The notes under the pieces: generated by a model
What the model was told of the DNA's origin: nothing
Databases searched by the model: none
The model's input: only the letters and a program-made list of their open reading frames with translations
Made by a program: the position numbers and the translations under genes
DNA from: Squalus acanthias
Lineage: Eukaryota
Reading direction: 5' to 3'
Length of the DNA: 64,000 nucleotides
Assembly: GCA_030390025.1 (NCBI GenBank)
Contig: CM059425.1
Location: 162,876,001 to 162,940,000, forward strand
Part shown: positions 37,920-51,277 of the stretch, in pieces
How positions within the stretch are numbered: position 1 is the first letter of the stretch
Layout of the letters: every line of letters starts with the position of its first letter

Positions 37920-40900
37920 TAACTTTCCCACAATTGATGTTAAACTGACAGGTCTGCAGTCACCTGTTTTTTCCCTCCCTCATTAATGCCTGAGCACCAA
38001 GATGTGAATCGTTCCTGCTCCTCCACGACTTATTTACAAATCCACTTTTTTAAAAACTGTTGAGCTGTAATGAAAACGCTGCTGAATTCTTGGCTGTGAG
38101 CCACGCCTAGAAGGCACTATGTGAATTTACAACAGGCCTCATTACTTTGTGGGGTCTGAGTAGGGGAAAGTTTATACTATATTGCAAGATGCTGCACACA
38201 TTATTAAGTAGTGCATTAGTCTAGGAAACATAACACATTACAAAAGAGTGAAATAAGCCTCCAACATACCTTTCGTCAACATTGGTCAATGTTATTATTA
38301 TTTCTTGGCACCTAAGGTTAAAATGAAAAGTAGAACAAAGGTCGCTATTGATAGCTGCCCTGTGACTATGTGCCTGACATAGACATACGCACCAAATCAT
38401 AGCTTTCAGCCAACATCCCAGACTCCTCCATCACCATCCCTGGGTATGTCCTATCCCACCGGCAGGACAGACCCACCAGAGGTGGCGGCACAGTGGTATA
38501 CAGTCAGGAGGGAGTGGCCCTGGGAGTTCTCAGCATTGACTCTGGACCCCATGAAGTCTCATGGCATCAGATCAAACATGGGCAAGGAAACCTCCTGCTG
38601 ATCACCACCTGCCACCCTGGCTTAGCTGATGAATCAGCACTCCTCCATATTGAACAGAACTTGGAAGAAGCAAGGGTACAGAATGTACTCTGGGTGGGGG
38701 ACTTCAATGTCCATGACCAAGAGTGGCTCGGTAGCACCAATACTGACTGAGCTGGCTGAGTCCTGAAGGATATAACTGCCAGACTGGACCTACGGCAGGT
38801 GGTGAGAGAAGCAACATAAGGGAAAAACCTACTTGACCTCGTTCTCGCCAATCTACCTGTCGCAGATGCATCTGTCCATGACAGTATTGGTAGCAGTGGC
38901 CACCGCACAGTCATTGCGGAGACGAAGTCCCATCTTCACACTGAGGACACCCTCCATCGTGTTGTGTGGCACTACCACCGTGCTAAATGGGATAGATTCA
39001 GAACAGATCTAGCAGCTCAAAACTGGGCATCCATGAGATGCTGTGGGACATCACCAGCAGCAGAATTGTATTCCGCCACAATCTGTAACCTCATGGCCCG
39101 GCATATCCTACACTCTACCATTACCATCAAGCCAGGGGACCAACCCTGGTTCAATGAGAAGTGTAGAAGAGCAGCAACAGGCATACAAAAAAATGTGGTG
39201 CCACCAGGTGAAGCTACAACACAGGACTACATGCATGCTAAACAGCGGAAGCAGCGTGCTATAGACAGAGCTCAGTGATCCCAGAACCAACAGATCAGAT
39301 CAAAGCTCTGCAGTCCCGCCACATCCAGTCGTGAATGGTGGTGGACCATTAAACAACTAACGGGAGGAGGAGCCTCCATGAATATCCCCATCCTCAATGA
39401 TGGTGGAGTCCAGCATGCGAGTGCAAAGACAAGCCTGAAGCGTTTGCAACCACCTTCAGCCAGAAATGCTGAGTGTATGATCCATCTTGGCCTCCTTCTG
39501 AGGTCCCCACCATCACAGAAGCCAGTCTTCAGCCATTTCGATTCACTCCACGTGATATCAAGAGACAGCTGAGTGCACTGGATACAGCAAAGGCTATGAG
39601 CCCTGACAACATCCCAGCTGTCATGCTGAAGACTTGTGCTCCAGAACTAGCTGTGCCTCTATCCAAGCTGTTCCATTACAGCTACAACACAGGCATCTAC
39701 CCGACAAAGTGGAAAATTGGCCAGGGATGTCCTGTCCACAAAAAGCAGGACAAATCCAATCCATCAGTCCCCATCAGTCTACTCTCAATCATCAGCAAAG
39801 TGATGGAAGGTGACATCAACAGTGCTATCAAGTGGCACTTACTCACCAATGCTCAGTTTAGGTTCCGCCAGGACCACTCAACTCCAAACCTCATCACAGC
39901 CTTGGTCCAAACATGGACAAACGAGCAGAATTCCAGAGGTGAAGTGAGAGTGACTGCCCTTGACATCAAGGCAGCATTTGACCGTGTGTGACATCGAGGA
40001 GCCCTAGTAAAATTGAAGTCAATGGGAATCAGGGGGAAAATTCTTCACTGGCTAGAGTCATATCTAGCACAAAGGAAGATGGTTGTGGTTGTTGGAGGCC
40101 AATGATCTCAGCTCCAGGACATCGCTGCAGGAGTTCCTCAGGTCTGTGTCCGAGGCCCTTCAGCTGCTTCATCAATGACCTTCCGTCCATCATAAGGTCC
40201 AAAGTGGGGATGTTTGCTGATGATTGCACTGTGTTCAGTTAAATTCGCAACCCCGTAGATAAGGAAGCAGTCCGTGCCCTCATGCAGCAAGACCTGGACA
40301 ATATTCAGGCTTGGACTGATAAGTGGCAAGTAACATTCACACCACACAAGTGCCAGGCAATGACCATCTCCAACAAGAGAGAGTATAACCATCTCCCCTT
40401 GACATTTAATTGTATTACCATCATCGAATTCGCCATCATCAACATCCTTGGAAATATATCGTCATTCCTTCATAGTCGCTGGGTCAAAATCCTGGAACTC
40501 CCTCCCTAATAGCACTGTGTGAGTACCTTCACCACACGGACTGCTGCGGTTCAAGAAGGCGTCTCACCACCACCTTCTCAAGGGCAATTAGGGATGGGCA
40601 ATAAATGCTGGCCTTGTCAGCGATGCCCACATCCCGCGAATGAATAAAAAAAATGAGCAGTGGTCCTAATACCGACCCCTGGGGGACAGTATTGCATGCT
40701 CCAGTCTGAAAAACAACTGTTCACCACTACTCTCTGCTTTCTGTCCATTAGCCAATTTCATACCGATGCTGCCACTGCCCCTTTAATCCCACAGGCTTCA
40801 ATTTTGATGACGAGTCTATTATGTGGTACTTTATCAAATGCCTTTTGAAAGTCCAAATACACATCAACTGCACTACCCTCATTAACCCTCTCTGTTACTT

Positions 40901-43848
40901 CATCAAAGAACTCAAACAAGTTAGTCAAACACAATTTGCCTTTAACAAATCCATGCTGGCTGTCACTGATTTGTAAGGTTTCCAAAATTTGCAGATCCCC
41001 AAAACCTAAGGAAAAAGGACTTTGGAACTACCTCAGATGATGAAAATGCATTTGGGCCTAACATAAGGAATTGAAGACCAAAAACCAAGTTTTGGCATTT
41101 TAAAAAACATGTCTGGGCCTGTAAAGGGAGAAAAGGCTGTGAAGGAAGTTGGGTTCGACCTCTGTAAAAGCAGTTTGGGTATTGCAGTTAATTGCAATGT
41201 CTGGGGAACCAGGATGATCTCACTCAAAAGCCCTAACACGTATTAACATTTTGACAATAGACCCTAGGAGAAGACAGCCCCACCCAAAACAATAGGTCCC
41301 ATCAAACCGATTACAAGGCCCATCAAGAAACATGCATAATACAGAGCACCCAGGACTAGGCTATAGATCAGCCTAAGAACCCAAAACACAAAACCCATCA
41401 CCAGCAATCAGCCAAGAAAATCGACAGGATGCAAACCATCCCAAAAACCCATTTGACACTTACAGAGCAGTTACTGGTAGCAGGCCCGCCAAATTCAGAC
41501 AATGAACTGAACAGATTTGGCGGGTAGATAAGACCATATTCAATGGGTCAGATTGAAGGCCTGTTAAAACCCAATTAACGTGCTAGTAAATCGTTACCGA
41601 TTTACGAGCCCGCCAAAACTAGACAATGAACTAAACAGATTTGGCGGGTAGATAAGGCCACTTCAATTCTGTATAATTGAAGGTCCACCAAGCACACACG
41701 AGGAGAAGCAGGAGAGAGAAGAAAGAAGGAGAGCCAGCAAGAAGAGGAGAGACCAAGATGAAGAAGGCCCGAGCTGGAAGCGAGTCGGCATCGTTCACCA
41801 CTCAGACACACCTGAGTCCAGCTCGCGAAAACACCATCTTGACAGACCTCCAACCACGGCCCCAACACAGCCACCCGGAGCAACAAGCAGCAACCAGTCA
41901 CCGACGGCTCCACGAGGTTGACCAACACACCAACCAAGACCTAAAGCCATCGCGGAAACCAAAGGCCTCACGAAACCAACAACCGCGCATTACCCCCAAC
42001 TGACCGGGTAATCGCAGGCCACCGCGACCAACAAAGACCAACTCCAGGGAAGAAAACCCGAAGAATCGCAAAGTTTCCACACTACAAACTACTCCTGACT
42101 TATCCCTGGGTAAGATTTTCCCCAAAGACTCTAAGCCCTACTGCTGAACTAAAGAAATTGGGTACTCACCAGATAAATCCATAACGACATCCTACTGCAT
42201 CAGCTAACAGGTATAGATAGATAGTGACCATGAAAATTAAGGCAAATGAACTAGGGAAATAAAAGCTAATAACCTGGCTAAAACCAGGCTGGTGACACTT
42301 GCTTTTATCACTTGTTAGCCACTATTTGGAAGTGTTTGGTCTCAGGGCAAGGAAGAGTTGCATGTGTTTCATTCCATAAGATGTGTTCTACAGCAGGGGT
42401 TCTCAGCTGGGGGTCCGCTCGAAGATTTCAAGGGGACCGCCATAAATAAGCCCCGGGATTTTAAAAAAAAGAAAAAAGAAAAATACACCGTGTACAGGGC
42501 ACAATTTCAAAATTTGCAGATGACACAAAACTTGGAAGTATAGTGAACAGTGAGGAGGAAAGTAACAGACTTCAAGAGGACATAGACAGGCTGGTGGAAT
42601 GGGCGGACACGTGGCAGATGAAATTTAACGCAGAAAAGTGTGAAGTGATACATTTTTGTAGGGAGAACGAGGAGAGGCAATATAAACAAAAGGGTACAAT
42701 CCTAAAGGGGGTGCATGAACAGAGAGACCTGGGGGTATACGTGCACAAATTGTTGAAGGTGGCAGGGCAGGTTGAGAAAGCGGTTAAAAAAGCAGACGGG
42801 GTCCTGGGCTTCATAAATAGAGGCATACAGTAAGGAAAAGCAAGGAAGTTATGGTGAACCTTTATAAAACACTGGTTCGGTCTCAACTGGAGTATTGTGT
42901 TCAATTCTGGGCACCGCACTTTAGGAAGGATGTGAAGGCCTTAGAGAGGGTGCAGAAAACATTTACAAGAATGGTTCCAGGGATGAGGGACTTCAATTAC
43001 GTGGATAGACTGGAGAAGCTGGGGCTGTTCTCCTTAGAGCAGAGCAGGTTGAGAGGAGATTTGATAGAGGTATTCAAAATCATGAGGGGTCAAGACAGAG
43101 TAGATAGAGAGAAAATGTTCCCGTTGGCGGGAGGGCCGAGAACCAGAGGACACAGATTTAAGGTGATTGGCAGAAGAACCAAAGGCGACATGAGGAAAAA
43201 CTTTTTTACGCAGTGAGTGGTTAGGATCTGGAATGCACTGCCTGAAAGGGTGGTGGAGGCAGATTCAATCATGGCTTTCAAAAGGGAATTGGGTAAGTAG
43301 CTGAAGGAAAACATTTTGCAGGTCTACGGGACAAGGGCGGGGGAGTGGGACTAGCTGAAGTGCTCTTGCAGAGAGCCGGCACGGACTCGACGGCCCGAAT
43401 GGCCTTCTGTGCTGTAACCATTCTATGATTCTATAAAGGTGAGATCGAGTTGAGAAAACTGGCGGCTCCAGCCCTGACTCGGACCTCCGTTGCCCCCCCC
43501 CTCACCCGACCCCGGAACATCTATGTGATAACAGCGGCAGCTGCTACTGATCCCAACCCCCACTCACTGAGAAGGGAGAGGAGCGGCGGTTGCTGAGCGC
43601 AGCTCCCCCGGCTCGAGCTCTCCCTCCTCTGCTCTCCTCTTGCCAGGCCCCGCTGTATATTTCGTTCCCCCCCACAATTGTCCGAATGCCACGTTGCGTG
43701 AGTTGTTGTTCCGCCTCCCCCAGGCTAATTGGGGCAGTTACTCTTCTACTTTCACCCCTCACTCCTGAATCCTCTCACTGCTATACGTCACCAGCGGCAA
43801 CTGTAACCCATTCAGTATTTTTTTTGTCCTATTTTTGTTAATCGCGCG
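37920..43848 (+). repeat. Direct segmental duplication, copy 2
   Basis: Same LINE, LTR, CR1 and CpG-rich segment in the same order as copy 1. Confidence 0.97.
38373..40653 (+). mobile_element. Duplicate of the 28908 LINE, retaining 413 bp missing from copy 1
   Basis: ORFs at 38493, 38964 and 39473 match copy 1. Confidence 0.9.
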
Positions 43849-43885
43849 CCATGTCCGTAGCCGGTGCCGGGTGGTCCGTTCGGTT
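43440..43885 (-). promoter_or_regulatory. CpG-rich promoter / non-coding first-exon-like segment (duplicate at ~35875-36276)
   Basis: CpG-rich and not recognised as a repeat; GC-box-like ccgcctcccc at 43711, CRE-like tacgtca at 43784; minus-strand donor tca|gtgagt at 43568 (35995 in copy 1). Confidence 0.45.
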
Positions 43886-44250
43886 TCATTCTTATTATGT
43901 TTCGTAGCAGTTAGTTACAACTGAGTGACTTGCTAGGCCATTTCAGAGGGCAGTTAAGAGTCAACCACATTGCTGTGGGTCTGGAGTCACATATAGGCTG
44001 GACCAGACCAGGTAAGGACGGCAGATTTCCTTCCCTAAAGGACATTAGTGAACCAGATGGGTTTTTACGACAATCCGATAGATTCATGGTTACCATTACT
44101 GATACTACTTTTTATTCCAGATTTATTTAAATAACTGAATTTAAATTCCCCAGCTGCCGTGGTGTGATTTAAACTCACGTCTCTGGATCATTAGTCCAGG
44201 CCTCTGGATTACTAGCCCATTGACATTGCCACTACACTACCGTTCCCTTG

Positions 44251-44533
44251 TCTAAAAATTAAAGCCAGACCTTTCAGGAGTGAAATTAGGAAACACTTCT
44301 ACACACAAAGGGTGGTAGAAGTTTGGAACTCTCTTCCGCAAACGGCAATTGATGCTCGATCAATTGTTAATTTTAAATCGGAGATTGATAGCTTTTTGTT
44401 AACCAAAGGTCATAAGGGATATGGGCCAAAGGTGGGTATATGGAGTTAGGTCACAGATCAGCCATGATCTCATTGAATGGCAGAACAGGCTCGAGGGGCT
44501 CACTGGCCTGCTCCTGTTCCTATGTTCCTATGT
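44251..44533 (+). mobile_element. CR1 3' end
   Basis: FRSEIRKHFYTQRVVEVWNSLP and (ttcctatg)n tail. Confidence 0.9.
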
Positions 44534-44869
44534 ACAGAACTAGACAGTGGGCAGAAGGTGAAGTATCCATTCACATTTATGGAGACTGCCAGGTTGAGGA
44601 AGGCTGCTTTGTGATGAGAGGCCTGATATCTGTTACACTATACCTTTGAGACCCGTATTATACTGATTTGTCAAAGATACAGAAATAATAAATATCTTCA
44701 AAATGCCATTAGGGCCGAAAATCCATGGGTAAGAAGTGGGAGGGGTGTATGCATCCTGGCTTAAGTGCTGGGGTTAGCCACCAGGGACCTCTGCCACTGA
44801 ATCCAACAAAGTTTGCGGAGTCAGGCGGATGTCCATTAATTTGAATAAGAATGGTGGACCCGCACCCGC

Positions 44870-45598
44870 ATGTTGAAAAGGCCCGTCTGCTTCAGGCAGA
44901 TCTTAATGTGTTGGGAGATTGGGCTCAAGACTGGAAAATGGTGTATAACTTAGCTAAGTGCAGTATTATGCATGTGGGCAGGGCAAATGCTCAACATTCA
45001 TACACCCTTCAGGGAAAGGTCTTAAAGATGGTGGAGCTAGAAAGAGATTTAGGCATTCTAGTGCATACATCCTTAAAGGTACATAAGCAATGCTGTGTCG
45101 TGATAGCTAGAGCAAATAGGGTTTTGGGGGGGTATCCATAGAACAATTGAGTATAAGACAAGGCATACTATTTTGTCCTTGTACAAGACCTTAGTCAGGC
45201 CTCACTTGGAATACTGTATCCAGTTTTGGTCTCCTCACATGGTGGGTGATATCGAGGCTTTGGAAAGGGCGCAGAGGAGGGCCACTAGACTAATTCCCAG
45301 TCTAAAGCATCATAGTTATCAAGATAGGCTAAAAGAGTTGGGACTCTACACTTTAGAGAAGCGTAGACTTAGGGGGGATCTGATTGAGGTTTATAAGATA
45401 ATGAAGGGAATTGATTGTGTTCCAGCAGACAGTTTATTTCAATTAAACAGGTTAGGCAGGACCAGGGGTCACAACTTTAAGTTGTATAAGGCTAGATCTA
45501 GGTAAGATGTCAGGAGGTGGTTCTTTTTCCAGAGAATAGTGGACCTCTGGAACAGGCTGCATCTCGTGTAGTGGACGCGGACTCGCTGAATTCCTTCA
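44870..45598 (+). mobile_element. CR1 fragment of a divergent subfamily
   Basis: LQADLNVLGDWAQDW, LVRPHLEYCIQFW and RRLRGDLIEVYK motifs. Confidence 0.9.
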
Positions 45599-46984
45599 CG
45601 TGTTGTTTCCGGTCAGATTTTTCTCACAGTATACTGTGATTGTCCAGTTACACATTAAATCAAGTCATCAACCGTAACAATTTCATTCTCATCAATCATT
45701 CCACTGGTTCAATTTGCTTTCAGTCCCTGAATATGACTAATTTAATTTTTCAGTCTGAGACTTTAAGGTGAATTTCTGCAGAAGTTCTCTCACTTGTCCA
45801 TTGTTAACTTCAACGGAAGACCCGCAGAAATTCCAGAAACACATTGAACACACTTAGACTGAACTTGCATAAGATTGTAAATCCACCCCTTTACAATTAC
45901 ATTTAAAATCTGCTTAATTTTATGTATTACCTATACACACACACATCTTTTATTTGTACCAGTTACTGATACAAAAGTCTATAGATTTGTGACTAAAGCA
46001 CCAATAACTTCCTGATTAATGTACTTTTAAAATTATGTTCTTGATCATATTTGTGGATAGTGTCATATTACTTATTGATATTATTTAAATATTTCTTTGT
46101 CACTCATATATAACTTTGATTATATTATTGTACAGTAAAGATTCAACACCCTCTATGTTAGGTTAAACTTAAAATGTAATGTGGCCAGGGTCCCTTTAAG
46201 GATCCCGGCTTAAAACACGTCATGAATGACGTTAGCAGACCCGCTCCATCTCATTGGGCCGGGTAACGCACTGGGCGGGCTTAATAGGCCCCATTAAGGT
46301 AAGTTCATTTTCTACAGCGGGATGGAGCCAGCAGCGGGGTCGCGACCCGCCACGAACACCGCCCGCACCGGACCCGCCCAGGTAGGGAAAATTCCGGCCA
46401 ATCACTTACGTGTCTCATAGATAAAAGTGTAAAGCCAATTCTGACAAGTACTGACGTCCTTACTAGAGTGCTCCTGACATTATTTATGAAGGTTTATTTC
46501 TTGACACTGTGATGTGTTTCCCACAAAGTGGGGTGGATTTTCCTCCACTATTCTGCCCCAAATTGTGCGGGATAGTGGTGGAAATAATGGGGACAATCAA
46601 GTGGCATTGGAAATGAAAATATCACGGGGTGTAAAACGGGCAACCGATCCGCTACCGCCCATTTTCCACCCGGCATTAAAACTGCAAATTCACCCAATGG
46701 CCACTAACTCAGGAAAATGGGTGGGGTCATAGCAGGGGGTAGAAGTCCTACCGGGTGGAAAGAGCTGATTCCAATCCAGTATCTTGGCAATACCACATAA
46801 AGGTTTGAACAGCTCAATTTTTTAATTTATGATCTTGTTGCTGTTGGCACCAATGTTCTACCCACTGGCAGGGGGGACGGTCAGCTAATAGCAATCTCCC
46901 CTGTTCCTGAGCTTTATGGAAAGGAACAAGCTGGTCCACAACAGGCAGATCAGAGCTAACCCTACTGTTCAATCTTCTGTTGCT

Positions 46985-47365
46985 TTGCCCTCCAATTTTC
47001 TTCACTCTTCTCCTAAAGGCACTGATTCGAGTTGCGGCACCGCTTGTAGCTTTCCCAAATGGCCTTCTTCAAGCGTGAGCCTAGACAGTGAGTATTCGTA
47101 AGATATTCTCCCATGGAAGGTTTGCGAGCTGAGTCTAATTTTGTTGTCATCCGATATGCACATAGACTTACTTTCCAGCATGAGTTATTGGATCATAACC
47201 AAGCGCAACAACTCTGGCTGATTTTCCTCTCTCTAGTCCAGGAGTGCTGAGGCCAATTGTAGCTAAAAGGAGCTAACTCAGCGCATGATGGAGATTGAAC
47301 TAGGGGCCTTCCTAATTTGCACGCCCAGTACCTCAGGCGGCAATGCATTTACCCAATAAACCTTT
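46985..47365 (-). mobile_element. AmnSINE2-like ancient tRNA SINE (another fragment at ~36470-36640)
   Basis: Minus strand has a gttcaatc B box, then gctgagttagct, ctacaattggcctcagc, aaatcagccag and actcactgtctaggctcac, recognised from memory of the AmnSINE2 consensus. Confidence 0.65.
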
Positions 47366-47605
47366 GGAGGAGCTATTTTCCACTTTACTTTATTGGATGC
47401 TATTGCCATTACAAATAAATAAAGCCAGATAAAAGAACAGAAGCCTGCACTACATGAGAAGTCTGTAACCACAACAAATCCACAAATAAGTCATAAACAA
47501 ACAAGACAATCATCAACAGAAAGACAAACAACTCCATCATCCAGTCAGATATCAGGTCATACCTAGTTACAGGAATGCAACTACACATTGCAGTACTGTA
47601 CTTAC

Positions 47606-47680
47606 AAGGGGTTCTCTGCAGCTGGGCATTCTGGAATCTCCTACATCTAATGGAGGTCGAAGATGGCCGGTTGAATGGCC
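47606..47680 (-). CDS. Candidate 75-nt exon (GHSTGHLRPPLDVGDSRMPSCREPL or PFNRPSSTSIRCRRFQNAQLQRTP)
   Basis: Acceptor tgttttgttttcag, donor gtaagt; length divisible by 3; two frames open. Confidence 0.35.
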
Positions 47681-50037
47681 CTGAAAACAAAACAGATCAT
47701 GCTTCAGTACTTCAAGAATATAATGAGCACTCTGAAGTCTTGACCTGACACATAAAGATATACTATTACATCTAACAGCTATGTCAAAATCCAGTTTCAT
47801 AATTATCAACTGTCCATGTTTTGCATGGACAGTGCGTGATTTTCGCTTCTGTTCTCTCTGCTCACCCCCGCTCTTCCCACCTCAAAAGATCACTGATCCA
47901 TCAATTTAAACCACCCCTCAATCGCCCCATTATATATATTGTGCTGAAACATCGAGGATGCACAGAAGAGGGATGACACAATAGCCTGGATTCTCCTCCC
48001 ATTGGTGGGCTTGTGGAGTGGTGGTCCTAAAGTCCGCCCATGTAAAACTTTTCATCAAGCTGGCAGATAAAGCAGCAATCTCGGGGGTGTCAACCGCTGG
48101 AAGGCCCTGTAGGCACAATCCCCTGAAAGCTGCCCTAAATGTGTCTTCAAAATGGGGTCAGGATCCAGACTAAACTATGGGATACTAAATGACTGTAAAT
48201 GCTTATAAGAACAAGGCATTCGCACAAAAACTAGAGAAGCATATGCATCAAGGCCATAGATCCAGAGAAAGCTCGGTAGGAGAGATAAGCGTGTGACCCC
48301 CTAACTGAAAACAAAACACAAAGGGGGTAATTATAACTTTTATCGCCCGGCAAACAATGGGTGAAAGTGAATCAACAGCCCGCTTAACCTCTCTCTGGAA
48401 GTTAGGAGAACACATTTTCCAAAGTGGGCAGTAATTAGTGGAAAATCCAGACCAATGTATTGTGGGCCATGTTCATCCTGCCCAAACAGGGATTGGTAAC
48501 ATTGTCAGGAACAATTCTTAGCCCTTGCAGCTTTTTAAAAATTATTCAGCACAGGCCTTATGGAGTCTAATAGCATACTATTACCAGGACTGAAATGGCA
48601 TATAGACTAATGTTGCAGTTAGACTGCCCAAATCAATGCTTAAATGTATTTTGTTTTTTGCATTATACTAAGTATCCCATGGGCATTGCTAGTTTCATAT
48701 TTGAAAAAGACTTACCTTGGGCAGCCTATTTCAAACACAATTAATTATTAAATAAATAATTAAAAATTGTTCCTTTAACCTGGAAGCATCTGATCAGTTT
48801 ACGAGCAGCAAGAATGCAACAATGCAAAGTAATCTTCTCAAGAGCATTGTCAGTTTTTATTCTGTGTTCTGTTACCCTGGATCATTGCTGCAGTTGGATT
48901 GGTCAGTTGCACTTTTGGGGGTGAGTTTCTGTCTTTACCACCTAGGTGTAAAACATTACCTGAGCATGAGAAAAATCCGGCATGCCAGTAACAGAGTCCA
49001 CTTGATTTTCCTTCCATTTAAGTTAATGGGCAGAAAATCGGGTGGGTTCTGTAAAGGGTGTGCCATCTTCCCCGCCTCATTTTCCTCTTTGTGCTACACT
49101 CAGGCGGTAAAAGCAAAAATGTACCCCTTGCTTTTGTGAGTCCAATGCAGATGTTTCTTGTAATTTCAGTTTAAAAAAGGACTAGTTTCTGGTGAGGAAA
49201 TGAAAGCCATTAAAAACTAACGGATAGTGTCGGGTTTTTTTTTAGCTGGAGCTGTAAGTCATCCATATTTATCTGGGTTTTGTAGAACTATGTGCTTTAT
49301 TCAGTGAGGGACTCAGAACACAAAGAAATTCAATTACACGGAATTTAAATGAAAAATGAAATGCCATCTGGAATTGTCATCATTTTTATAGAACAGCGAA
49401 GTAGTTGCCTATCCAGAACCAATGAAATGCTCTCAAAACACATGCTAGGACAAACGGATAAAAATTCAGGACAAAAACTTTTAAAAGCTACAACAAAACA
49501 TGTCACTTTGCAGCTCATGTCTTACTCCATATAGTTCATCGCTACCACAGTCTGTACAATGCAACTTAAGAAACCGGTTGCTTATAAGAGGCATGGAGGG
49601 GTATTCTGCTTGTATCAGTCAGGGTGGGGGCGGGGGAATCCATACATGGAGCAAAACTATCTCACATGAACCTACGGAAAGCATTATAAAATAAGGGAGT
49701 AATCTCAAATACTTTTGTCGCACTTATCTGAAAAGCCATCCCTGTGTTTGTTTAGTGTTTGGTCCTACCCAAGAACAATGTCAGACTCAGCGGCCGGGAA
49801 ATTCGATAAAGTTGGATTGGAAAGTTTGCTTTGTGATGGCTTTTAGTTTAGCATTGTGGCCAAGAGGATGCTGTGATGGTCAGTAACAGAGGGAAGGTAA
49901 GGTGTAGGATTAATGTTGAAAGGGGAATTGGGGTTGTGTTCACTGGTATCACAGGCGCATGATTTGATCCTAGATATCCCGGCCAGAAAGGGGCTGTCTG
50001 GATTGCCTCCTTCCTTCCATTTCCTCCTCTTCTTATC

Positions 50038-50478
50038 GAGTGTCAGCCATGGTTCAGTTGGTAGCACCCTCGCCTCTGAGTCAGAAGGTTGTGGGTTCAA
50101 GTCTGACTCCAGAGGGAAAAAATCCTACCTGACACTCCAGTGCAGTACTGAGGGAGTGCTGCTCTGTCAGAGGTGCCATCTTTCGAATGAGATGTTAAAC
50201 CGAGGCCCTGTCTGCTCTCTCAGGTGGAAGTAAAAGATTCCATGGCACTATTTTGAAGAAGAGCAGGGGAGTTATCCCTGGTGTCCTGGCCAATATTTAT
50301 CCCTCAATCAACATCACTAAAACAGATTATCTGGTCATTATCACATTGCTGTTTGTGGGAGCTTGCTGTGCACAAATTGGCTGATGTGTGTCCTACATTA
50401 CAACAGTGACTACACTTCAAAAAGTACTGTAAAGCGCTTTGGGACATCCGGTGGTCGGGAAAGGTGCTATATAAATGC
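50038..50478 (+). mobile_element. Deu-domain tRNA SINE (SacSINE1-like), followed by an L2 3' end to ~50717
   Basis: tRNA head with ggttcaagtc; Deu domain ctgacactccagtgcagtactgagggagtgctg...aaaccgaggccc...aaaagattccatggcacta. Confidence 0.88.
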
Positions 50479-50717
50479 AACCATTGGTGGCCGTGCCTTC
50501 AGCTGCCAAGACCCTAAGCTCTGGAATTCCCTCGCAAAACTTCTCCACCTCTCTTTCCTCCTTTAAGATGCTCCTTAAAACCTACCTCTTTGACCAAGCT
50601 TTTGGTCATTTGCCCTAATTTCTCCTTATGTGGCCCATTTTATAACAATCCTGTGAAGCGCCTTAGGGTGTTTTACTACATTATAGGCGCTATATAAATA
50701 CAAGTTGTTGTTGTTGT

Positions 50718-51277
50718 AGTCTGTCTGCCTCTGCTCCATCTCCATGTCATGCTGCAGCCCAAGGGGGACTGCGACTAGAGCCCCCAGGACTGGGAGCACG
50801 TGGTGTTCTCAGAGGCCTTCCTTTAAGAGCCAAAGCTTTGCAAACGTCCAGCAGCACTCCCTGTACTCCCTTCACACTTTAAAAACTTTTCAAATGTATT
50901 GCAACAAGCCACTACTCCAATAAAATGTAAAGAAACCAGTCCAAAAGCAAAAATCTAAACTTACCTGAAAGTTGTTTGTGTCCCTTTAAGAAGCGCTGGC
51001 AGTGTCTCTGTTGTACTGCTGCACACACGTTCTTCCATGCGTAGTTTGGAGAAGGTGTTATTAAGAGCGGCCAAAATCCCAGATCGTTCGTCAATTCAAC
51101 GTTGCACACCGATTGACGTCACGATCTGGATCATTTAAATATGCAAAGTGAGCGCAGGCAATGGCAGTGCTGTCGACCTGCCCAAAATGGACCGGAAGTG
51201 GGCGGAAGCAAGCCGGCCGCCATTTTTTCTTCCAGACCAGCATTAATGGCCGCGCTAATGTCTTCAATTTCCTGGCC
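50718..51277 (-). mobile_element. Harbinger transposase-side terminal fragment
   Basis: Reverse complement starts ggccaggaaatt and follows 6318-6850. Confidence 0.8.

Noticed and set aside
43851..43912. gccATG MSVAG... as an endophilin-like gene start on the plus strand
   Set aside because: It diverges after five residues, stops after ~18 codons and has no convincing donor
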